Shown piece after piece: positions 17,066 through 24,000 of a stretch of DNA of 24,000 nt. Source of the stretch: an uncultured Methanosarcinales archaeon (GTDB lineage: Archaea; Nanobdellota; Nanobdellia; Woesearchaeales; ARS49); the NCBI GenBank assembly GCA_964353335.1, contig CAYGVI010000003.1:205694-229693 (forward strand). Direction: 5' to 3'. Each line of letters opens with the position of its first letter. Within the stretch, counting starts at the first letter, position 1. Made by a program: the position numbers and the translations under genes. Under the pieces are notes generated by a model that had not been told where the DNA came from, made no database searches, and saw only the letters and a list, made by a program, of their open reading frames with translations.

Positions 17066-17797
17066 ATGAGCTGGGCGAACTATAAGGACAAGGTTAAGAG
17101 ATACTTTCCTTTCTCAAGAACAGAGTGGAACAACTTCATCATCCTCGTCCTTGCTTTCGCGTTCATATGGTCTTTCACGCAATGGGGCGCGGCAAATTTT
17201 GACTTTGGCTCAGGCCTGAAGAACTTTATTTTCTCTGCTATAATGATTGCTGTTATTGTTTTCATCCACCACGCAGCCCAAAGGCTGTACGGACTTTTCT
17301 TTGGCTACCGCATTGAGCACAAGATATGGTGGGCAGGACTGCTTGCCTGCGTGCTCGGCGTCCTGCTTTCAAACGGCAAAGTCATCATCCTGGCTGCAAG
17401 CGCAATGCAGGCGCACTTCCTGGCGCATCACCGCATTGGCGAGTGGCGCTATGGTGCAAGCATTTTCCAGATGGGGCTTGTTGCGTTCTCAGGCCCGATA
17501 GCGTCTGTCGTAATCGCTTTCATTTTGCAGCTTATCGCACCTGTGTTTTTCGCAGGGATGTTTGAGTTCAGCCTTTTGTTCGCGCTGTACTGCATCATCC
17601 CGATTCCGCCTTTGGACGGCGTGCATGTCTTTGCAGCCTCAAGGATTTACGGGTTTGTGTTTATTTTCACTCTGTTTGCCCTGCTCGCGTTCCTTTTGCT
17701 GTATTTTGTCGCGCAGCTGGGCATGATATGGAGCGTCATCCTCGCGCTGGTAATCGGCTTTTTGTGCTGGCTCGCGTTTGACTACATGGTGGGATAA
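17066..17797 (+). CDS. M50/site-2-protease-like integral membrane protein, probably catalytically inactive
   Basis: 243 aa; VIVFIHHAAQRLYGLFFGYRIEHKIWWAGLLACVLGVLL, MGLVAFSGPIASVVIAF, IPIPPLDGVHVFAASRIYG; the HExxH motif is replaced by HHAAQ. TTTATATA about 25 nt upstream. Confidence 0.78.
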   Translation: MSWANYKDKVKRYFPFSRTEWNNFIILVLAFAFIWSFTQWGAANFDFGSGLKNFIFSAIMIAVIVFIHHAAQRLYGLFFGYRIEHKIWWAGLLACVLGVLLSNGKVIILAASAMQAHFLAHHRIGEWRYGASIFQMGLVAFSGPIASVVIAFILQLIAPVFFAGMFEFSLLFALYCIIPIPPLDGVHVFAASRIYGFVFIFTLFALLAFLLLYFVAQLGMIWSVILALVIGFLCWLAFDYMVG

Positions 17798-18135
17798 TGG
17801 ACAAAAAAGCGCAGTGGGAATGGGAAAGTTTCTGGCTTGAATACGTTGCAGGCGCATTGCTGATAATTGCGTTCTACCTTTCTGCAAGGGGCGCTTATGT
17901 TGGAGTCACTTACGCTGTTGCTTTCATCATTGGCGCAATTCTCGGAAAGTTCTGGTATGACAAGATAAGGCGCCACAGGAACACGCTTTATATCACGGTC
18001 CTGACTCTTGCGGTTATGCTTGGGATAATAATAGGCAGCATTGGCACAGACAGGAGGATAATAGTGGTCCTTTACGTAATCGGCCTGCTCCTAAGCTATG
18101 TTATCCACAAGGAGAAGTGGATCAGGAGCGCTTGA
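17797..18135 (+). CDS. small membrane protein (112 aa, several predicted TM segments)
   Basis: Hydrophobic segments, coupled to the previous ORF by stop/start overlap. Confidence 0.7.
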   Translation: MDKKAQWEWESFWLEYVAGALLIIAFYLSARGAYVGVTYAVAFIIGAILGKFWYDKIRRHRNTLYITVLTLAVMLGIIIGSIGTDRRIIVVLYVIGLLLSYVIHKEKWIRSA

Positions 18136-18696
18136 TTTTAACAAAGAAACTGTTTTTTCAATATTATCTGATTCTTTCAAATAAATAATGTTGCGGTGCC
18201 CTTTGTATTCAGCATAGGCGCTGCACGCAGCCCTGCAGTAATCAATGTTTTCCTCTTTCCATTTTTTTGGCTCTGACTGCCATCTTTTTCCAAGCCGGTC
18301 TTTCACTGTTGAGAAAGGCGGGTTGAGGACAATTGCGTTTGGGCTTCGCACTTTCCCGGGAAAAGCGAAAAGCGCATAATTTTTCTGGTCTTCCAGCTGT
18401 TTTTCATTAATCCACCCAAGGGAAAAATATGCTTCTGCGTAAGCAAGTGCGTCATAAATGCACCTGTTTGCCAGCACAATCCTGCCAGGGCTGTTCTCTG
18501 CGATTTCAAGCGCCTCAAAGTTCTCAATTGACCGCTGGCAGATTTTCATTGTAATCCTTTCCAGCGGGCTTGTGTGGAATACGGGTGTTTTTGTTTTCAG
18601 TTCAGGAACCAATATCTCAGGGCAGGCTTCCTGCAGTTTTTTGACAAGGGTTGTTTTTCCTGCGCCGTGAGGGCCTGAAATGAAAAAAAGGCTCAT
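18091..18696 (-). CDS. P-loop NTPase, nucleotide/nucleoside kinase-like
   Basis: 201 aa; Walker A GPHGAGKTT, RIVLANRCIYDALAYAEAY kinase-like segment. Converges on the preceding gene with a 45-nt overlap. Confidence 0.8.
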   Translation of the reverse strand: MSLFFISGPHGAGKTTLVKKLQEACPEILVPELKTKTPVFHTSPLERITMKICQRSIENFEALEIAENSPGRIVLANRCIYDALAYAEAYFSLGWINEKQLEDQKNYALFAFPGKVRSPNAIVLNPPFSTVKDRLGKRWQSEPKKWKEENIDYCRAACSAYAEYKGHRNIIYLKESDNIEKTVSLLKSSAPDPLLLVDNIA

Positions 18697-19670
18697 TTTG
18701 TCTCCACAGTTTCTTTTTCCTCCATCTTCAGCAGCGTTGACATAAGCGCCTTGCTGAGCCGCTTTGGAGCTTTTCCGCTGACAAAGTCATACTTTCTCTG
18801 GCTTGTTGGGAAAAGCCCCATCCTCCAGCCCCCTTTGACAGGCGCATTGTGGCTCAGGAACGCTGACATTTTTGCAAGGTCAACCATTCCTGCGACTATC
18901 TGCTTTTCAGAATCCTTTTCAAACGAATGAAATCCAGGGACATAGCCTGCATATTCGATTTCAAGCTGCCTTTGTATGTCATCCTTTCCCGCCAGGTGCG
19001 CACGGGTTATGGTAAATGAATAAATCCTGCCGTCATAATTGTCAAGGATGAATGCGTCGCCTTTTTCCTTGCGGATGTTTCCTGCATAATCCCCTCCGCC
19101 CCTGTGGACTTCAGACACTTTTTTCAAAATGTCTTCCATTGTCGCAGGATATCGCTTTTCTGTCCTCTTTATGACAAGCTGCTCATGCGGAACCCCTGTC
19201 TTTAACTGCAATGGCTGGCTTTTTTCCTTTAGGTATGTCTTGCCCATTTTTTCTATTACTACAAGGCGCTCCTCAATGCCTGAGCCAAAGAAATGGTTTG
19301 TGCCCTCTGCAATAGAATCAACAGGGTCTTTCAGGAACCTTGCGTTTCCAACTGCGGGAAAGTCAAACGCTGCAAGATAGTCTGCGATTGACGGCTCTTT
19401 TGCCCCTTGTTTTTCAGCCACAGGCCTTATGTCCAGCTTTACCTCATACTCGATGTCAGAAAATTCCTTTGGCGCTTCTTTTATTCCCTTGTGCCCAAGC
19501 ACCACCTGGATAAATCCCGCCCTGTTTGCCTCAAAAAATGTACGGTATGCGGCAACTATTTTCTCAGTGTTCTGGCTTCTGAAAAATTCAGTCAGCCCCT
19601 CACTCACCCCTGATTTCCATGCAGGCACACTGCATTCCGAATACCTCGAACTGTCATAACATCCTCCCAT
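18693..19670 (-). CDS. hypothetical protein with possible CYTH/triphosphate-tunnel-like features
   Basis: 325 aa; IEYEVKLDIRP fits the ExExK signature of CYTH domains; later QLEIEYAGY strand-like segment. 4-nt overlap with the downstream P-loop gene. Confidence 0.6.
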   Translation of the reverse strand: MGGCYDSSRYSECSVPAWKSGVSEGLTEFFRSQNTEKIVAAYRTFFEANRAGFIQVVLGHKGIKEAPKEFSDIEYEVKLDIRPVAEKQGAKEPSIADYLAAFDFPAVGNARFLKDPVDSIAEGTNHFFGSGIEERLVVIEKMGKTYLKEKSQPLQLKTGVPHEQLVIKRTEKRYPATMEDILKKVSEVHRGGGDYAGNIRKEKGDAFILDNYDGRIYSFTITRAHLAGKDDIQRQLEIEYAGYVPGFHSFEKDSEKQIVAGMVDLAKMSAFLSHNAPVKGGWRMGLFPTSQRKYDFVSGKAPKRLSKALMSTLLKMEEKETVETK

Positions 19671-19673
19671 TTT

Positions 19674-20225
19674 TCATCCCTCCTTGTGTTGTTGAATTAT
19701 CCAATCTATGTGCATCGCCCTTTCTTCGGGCGTCTCAACAGGAACGTGCATTGGTTTGTATCCGAATTTATTGTATGCCTTGATTATTTCCTGGTGGATT
19801 TGCTGGGCCTGCTCAGGTGTTTCGCGGCGCTGCGCATCATTTCTGAAAGGCAGTGGCTCGAGAAGGAACACAAGGTCATACCTGTTCCAGCAGTCAAGAT
19901 GCGTGCTGTGAAAGGCGTTGTCAAGTTTGTCAACATCATACACCCTGCAATATGCAAGGTTGTCAATCAAGCCCCTGTCAAGTATAACTTCAGGAATGTC
20001 TTTTATCTGGTATTCAAGTGCTTCCTGCCTGACAAAAAGTTTTGTCTGGAACATATTTTTGCTGTTCCACGGAAGGTCGCCGTGCTCTTTTGCCTCTTCT
20101 TCGCGTATCAGCTTTCTTGCCATTTCAGGCATGACAATGTAGCCAAGCCCGAGAAGCTCCTTGCACGTTGCTGTTTTTCCGCTGCACGATGTTCCGGTGA
20201 TGATGTATCTTTTTGTGTCCCTCAT
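19674..20225 (-). CDS. AAA_28-like P-loop ATPase/kinase (NadR/Ttd14-type ATPase)
   Basis: MRDTKRYIITGTSCSGKTATCKELLGLGYIVMPEMARKLI...VILDRGLIDNLAYC...YDLVFLLEPLPFRNDAQRRET. Start set at the ATG 20225 rather than the upstream TTG at 20270. Confidence 0.8.
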   Translation of the reverse strand: MRDTKRYIITGTSCSGKTATCKELLGLGYIVMPEMARKLIREEEAKEHGDLPWNSKNMFQTKLFVRQEALEYQIKDIPEVILDRGLIDNLAYCRVYDVDKLDNAFHSTHLDCWNRYDLVFLLEPLPFRNDAQRRETPEQAQQIHQEIIKAYNKFGYKPMHVPVETPEERAMHIDWIIQQHKEG

Positions 20226-20291
20226 AGAAATGTATATATACTTGTAGAAAATATCCTTTTTACTGTACAAAAAATAGGCAGAGTGTTGTAT

Positions 20292-21122
20292 ATGCTAAAC
20301 AAACAGACAACAGATGAGATAATTGACCTGATAAGGCAGAAGCCGAGGGCCGTGCAGGAGGTTGCTTTTTCAATAAAGAAAAACTGGCGTACAGCAGACA
20401 GGTACATAGACATAATTGCAAAGGAAACAGGGCTGATAGCAACAAGGACTTTCAGGGAAGGAAGCAGGGGCGCGCTGAAAGTCGTTTACTGGAACGCCCT
20501 TGACCGCGCAAAAGGAAGCGCATACCAGGAATTATTATTGCAAAGGATTATCCACGGCAAAAAGAAGGAGGACTTTTCCCCTTTTGACATCTACCAGTTT
20601 GCAAGCCCTGACAAAAGGGAATCATACCTTGAATACAAGGAATTCTCAACCCACCCGCAAACCCGCTATGACAAGCTTCTTGAAGGCGCAAAACAGCAGT
20701 TATTGCTTTTCTCAGGAAACCTTTCCTGGATGGAGCTCGGGCCAAACACAAAGCAAATCCTTGAAAGCCTCGCAAGGAAAAAAGTCAGCATAAAAGTCAT
20801 CACAAGGGTTGATGTCACGTCATTGAAAAACACAAATGCAATCCTTGACATCAACAAGCGCGTTGGCTGGGATGCTGTTGAAGTAAGGCACTGCGAGCAG
20901 CCATTAAGGGCTGTAATAGTTGATGATTCATTGGTGAGCATAAAGGAAGTTCTTTCCCCTCAACACCACCGCGAACTCAAGAAAAAAACATTCATTTTCT
21001 ACAAAATTAAGGACATTGAGTGGATTAACTGGATGCAAAAGGCATTCTGGCACTTGTGGGGCCAGAGCATTGACGCCCAGACGAGGCTTGAAGCCCTGAA
21101 GACACTGCAGCCCATAGGATAA
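20292..21122 (+). CDS. HTH-containing protein with phospholipase-D-like/TrmB-like regulatory domain
   Basis: 276 aa from ATG 20292; N-terminal HTH (IIDLIRQKPRAVQEVAFSIKKNWRTADRYIDII), then LLLFSGNLSWMELGPNTKQILESLARKKVSIKVITRVD. The longer ORF upstream to 19686 is antisense to the P-loop gene and unlikely. Confidence 0.7.
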   Translation: MLNKQTTDEIIDLIRQKPRAVQEVAFSIKKNWRTADRYIDIIAKETGLIATRTFREGSRGALKVVYWNALDRAKGSAYQELLLQRIIHGKKKEDFSPFDIYQFASPDKRESYLEYKEFSTHPQTRYDKLLEGAKQQLLLFSGNLSWMELGPNTKQILESLARKKVSIKVITRVDVTSLKNTNAILDINKRVGWDAVEVRHCEQPLRAVIVDDSLVSIKEVLSPQHHRELKKKTFIFYKIKDIEWINWMQKAFWHLWGQSIDAQTRLEALKTLQPIG

Positions 21123-21186
21123 AACCCACTGGACACCTTTCAGCGCCTACGTAAGCCTTTTAAACTTGGCTTTCTGGGATTTTCCC

Positions 21187-23403
21187 ATGCTCGCGCAGGG
21201 ATTTACCCCGAGGCTGTATCAGGAAACCATTCTTTCAACAGCTGCGAGTAAGAACACGCTTGTTGTCCTGCCGACTGGAATGGGCAAGACAGCGATTGCA
21301 TTCATGCTTGCCGCTCAAAGGCTGCAGCATTTTCCGCTTTCAAAGATTCTGTTATTGGCGCCCACAAAGCCATTGGCAGAGCAGCATTTGCAGACTTTCA
21401 AGGAAAATATGCAATTGCCTGAGGAAAACTTTGCATTGTTCACAGGCGAAGTGCCTCCTGCGAAAAGGCAGGAAATGTGGCAAAAGGCAAAAGTGATTTT
21501 CTCAACGCCGCAGGGATTGGAAAATGACATTATGTCTGACAAAATCTCCCTTGCAAATGTTTCTTTGCTTGTTTTTGACGAAGCACACCGCGCAACAGGA
21601 GATTACAGCTATAATTTCATAGCAAAGCAGTACAATTCAAAGGCAAAATTCCCAAGAATTCTCGCTTTGACAGCATCTCCTGGCTCTGATGCTTTGAAAA
21701 TTGAGGAGGTGTGCAAGAATTTGTTCATTGAAGGCGTTGAAATCCGCACTGACTCAGACCCTGACGTCCGGCCTTACGTCCAGGAAACAGAGGTTCAGTG
21801 GATAAAAGTGCCATTGCCTCCTGAATTTTTGGATGTTAAAAAATTCCTTGATGCCTGCATAAAAAGCAAGCTTGCGTCATTAAGGGAGCTTGGATTCACA
21901 AAGCCTGTTGATTATTTCAGCAAAAAGGAAATGCTCCTCCTGCAGGGAGAATTGCACGCCAAGCTTGCTGCTGGCGAGCGCGACTTTGAGACAATGAGGG
22001 CATTGTCTGTTGCAGCAGAGGCAATGAAAGTCCAGCACGCTTTGGAGCTTTTGGAAAGCCAGGGAAGCACTACATTGTTCAAATATCTCGATAAAATTAT
22101 GATGGAAGCTGAAACTTCAAAGGTCAAGGCAGTCAAAAACCTTGTCAAGGACATTAATTTCCGCTCTGCTTATGTCAAGGCGCAGAAATTAATCGAGCAA
22201 AAGATTGAGCACCCGAAATTAGCCATTGCCAGAAGCATTGTTTCGCGCGAAATCACAGAAAACAAGCACGCCAAGATTCTGCTTTTCACACAGTTCAGGG
22301 ATTCTGCTGTCAAGATAAAAGAGGAAATTGAGAAAGCCAAGGGCGTTGTTGCTGGAATTTTTGTCGGGCAGGCAAAAAAAGGCGACACTGGATTGTCACA
22401 GAAAAAACAGATTGAGATGCTTGAGCAGTTCAAGGATGGATTGTACAATGTTTTAATCTGCACTTCTGTCGCAGAGGAAGGATTGGACATTCCTTGCGTT
22501 GACCTCGTCATATTTTACGAGCCGATTCCATCTGCAATCCGCACAATCCAGCGAAGAGGCCGCACAGGAAGGCAGGAAAAAGGCAAAGTTGTCGTCTTAA
22601 TGGCGCAGAACACGCGCGATGAAGGTTACAGGTGGAGCGCGCATCACAAGGAAAGAAAAATGCACCAGGTTCTTGCTGAATTAAGGACTGATTTGAGAAA
22701 GAGGTTTCCGAGCCAGCCTCCGCTGATGAAATATGAAAAGCCAGAACAGCCAACTCTTGTCTTTGCTGACTACCGGGAAAAAGGCTCTGGTGTTTTGAAA
22801 GAGCTTGTTGAGCTTGGAGTTTCGCTAAAGCTTGAGATGCTTAATGTCGCTGACTATGTTCTTTCACCGCGGTGCGCTGTTGAATTCAAGACAGTTGAGG
22901 ATTTTGCACAAAGTATAATCGACGGCAGGCTTTTGGACCAATTAAAGAACATTAAGCAGAGCTATGACCGCCCTGTGATTATTGTCGAGGGCTCGCAGGA
23001 CTTGTTCAAGGTCAGGAATATTCACCCGAATGCAATACGCGGAATGCTCGCGACAATTGCAGTGAGCTATGGAATCCCGATAATCTACACAAAGGATGCG
23101 AAAGACACTGCAGCACAGCTTGTCGCGATTGCAAAGCGAGAGCAGGCAGTGAGCAAGGAAACATTCCAGCCGCATGCAGAAAAGCGCGCATCAACAGTTC
23201 AGGAACAGCAGGAATACATTGTCTCTTCTCTTCCAAATGTCGGCTTGAACCTTGCAAAAGAACTTCTCGAACACTTCAAGTCTGTAAAGAACGTTGTAAA
23301 TGCCTCTGAAGAAGAACTAAAGAAAGTCGAAGGCGTTGGCGAAAAGAAAGCAAAAGCGATTAAGGACGCTGTTGAGAAGGAATATCAGAAACCGAAAGCT
23401 TAA
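21187..23403 (+). CDS. hef: Hef/FANCM-like DEAH helicase with XPF-type nuclease domain and HhH repeats
   Basis: LVVLPTGMGKTAIAF, LVFDEAHRATGDY, FRSAYVKAQKL, LLFTQFRDSAVKI, ADYVLSPRCAVEFKTVEDF, C-terminal LPNVGLNLAKELLEHF...VEGVGEKKAKAI. Start may be ATG 21166 or 21187. Confidence 0.94.
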   Translation: MLAQGFTPRLYQETILSTAASKNTLVVLPTGMGKTAIAFMLAAQRLQHFPLSKILLLAPTKPLAEQHLQTFKENMQLPEENFALFTGEVPPAKRQEMWQKAKVIFSTPQGLENDIMSDKISLANVSLLVFDEAHRATGDYSYNFIAKQYNSKAKFPRILALTASPGSDALKIEEVCKNLFIEGVEIRTDSDPDVRPYVQETEVQWIKVPLPPEFLDVKKFLDACIKSKLASLRELGFTKPVDYFSKKEMLLLQGELHAKLAAGERDFETMRALSVAAEAMKVQHALELLESQGSTTLFKYLDKIMMEAETSKVKAVKNLVKDINFRSAYVKAQKLIEQKIEHPKLAIARSIVSREITENKHAKILLFTQFRDSAVKIKEEIEKAKGVVAGIFVGQAKKGDTGLSQKKQIEMLEQFKDGLYNVLICTSVAEEGLDIPCVDLVIFYEPIPSAIRTIQRRGRTGRQEKGKVVVLMAQNTRDEGYRWSAHHKERKMHQVLAELRTDLRKRFPSQPPLMKYEKPEQPTLVFADYREKGSGVLKELVELGVSLKLEMLNVADYVLSPRCAVEFKTVEDFAQSIIDGRLLDQLKNIKQSYDRPVIIVEGSQDLFKVRNIHPNAIRGMLATIAVSYGIPIIYTKDAKDTAAQLVAIAKREQAVSKETFQPHAEKRASTVQEQQEYIVSSLPNVGLNLAKELLEHFKSVKNVVNASEEELKKVEGVGEKKAKAIKDAVEKEYQKPKA

Positions 23404-23441
23404 TAAGTAAGCTCATTCTTACCAGTAAGACTGGTGAGAAT

Positions 23442-23708
23442 ATGATAGACGTGATTAGTGTGTCATCAAAAGGACAAATCGTGATACCTGAGAAGGTCAG
23501 GGAGCGTTTCGGCATCAATCCAGGTACAAAGCTTGTCCTAATTGAGAAAGAGGACACGCTTCTCCTGAAAAAAGAGGAAGAAGTGGCAAAACACCTTGAA
23601 GAAAGCGAACGAAAGGAAACAATAGGCTGGATGATGCTCGCAGAAAAATCATTGAAGGACGTCTGGGATAATCCAAAAGATAAAAAGGTGTGGAAAAAGT
23701 ACCTATGA
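23442..23708 (+). CDS. AbrB/MazE-family antitoxin
   Basis: 88 aa; VISVSSKGQIVIPEKVRERFGINPGTKLVLIEKEDTLLL (SpoVT/AbrB fold). Confidence 0.88.
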   Translation: MIDVISVSSKGQIVIPEKVRERFGINPGTKLVLIEKEDTLLLKKEEEVAKHLEESERKETIGWMMLAEKSLKDVWDNPKDKKVWKKYL

Positions 23709-24000
23709 AGCAGCGCGATATTGTACTTGTGCCATTTCCGTTCTCTGACACGTCAGGCAGTAAAATCAGGCCTGCTCTAGTTCTTTCAAATGAAAAGTTC
23801 AACAAGGCAAGTAATGACGTGGTTATTTGCGCCATAACAAGCAACCTGAAGCAGACGCCATATTCTCTCGTAATTGACCAGAAGGATATTGAAATCGGAA
23901 AGCTTTATGACATAAGCACTATCAAGGCAGAGAGCATTGCGAAAATTAACAAGTCATTTGTTCTTAAAACAATTGCCATGCTTAAAAAACAGGCATTTAC
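23705..24000 (+). CDS. MazF/PemK-family toxin, truncated by window end
   Basis: ATG overlaps antitoxin stop (ATGA). Translation MKQRDIVLVPFPFSDTSGSKIRPALVLSNEKFNKASNDVVICAITSNLKQTPYSLVIDQKDIEIGKLYDISTIKAESIAKINKSFVLKTIAML is typical of the family. Confidence 0.88.
   Translation, partial: MKQRDIVLVPFPFSDTSGSKIRPALVLSNEKFNKASNDVVICAITSNLKQTPYSLVIDQKDIEIGKLYDISTIKAESIAKINKSFVLKTIAMLKKQAF

Noticed and set aside
19686-20291. Upstream part of the 478-aa plus-strand ORF
   Set aside because: Fully antisense to the P-loop ATPase gene; a plausible ATG and HTH domain begin at 20292.
1-24000. CRISPR array or IS/transposase genes
   Set aside because: No regularly spaced direct repeats of CRISPR size and no transposase-like protein seen in the ORF track.

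Overview
Archaeal chromosomal window, probably from a DPANN or euryarchaeal-type lineage (the taxonomy is inference). Supporting markers are PCNA, a Hef-like helicase/nuclease, a beta-CASP RNase J-type protein, a TraB-family protein, ScpB, and two tRNA genes with BHB-type introns. Recognisable genes: THUMP-domain methyltransferase, gyrA (with GyrA box), AlkD-like DNA alkylation repair protein, scpB with a very long acidic tail, RNase J-like nuclease, pcn, a helical-repeat protein, a YbaK/EbsC-like deacylase, a LAGLIDADG homing endonuclease, a PRC-barrel protein, traB, an M50/S2P-like membrane protein with a degraded active site, two P-loop NTPases flanking a possible CYTH/TTM-like protein, an HTH/PLD-like protein, hef, and an AbrB/PemK-type toxin-antitoxin pair that runs off the window end. 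The most interesting points are: (1) a homing-endonuclease ORF that reads in frame through an intron-containing tRNA-Gly(CCC); (2) two tRNA-associated loci (next to tRNA-Leu and upstream of the endonuclease), each with a duplicated tRNA 3' end about 60 nt apart and a nested hairpin with a CGCA loop, possibly one family of small elements; (3) a compact P-loop / CYTH-like / P-loop operon; (4) a three-gene operon of small coiled-coil proteins sharing a VDEYxSI motif; (5) active-site degeneration in the S2P-like protein and an ERK to EFK change in Hef. No CRISPR array, rRNA or classical transposon was seen.
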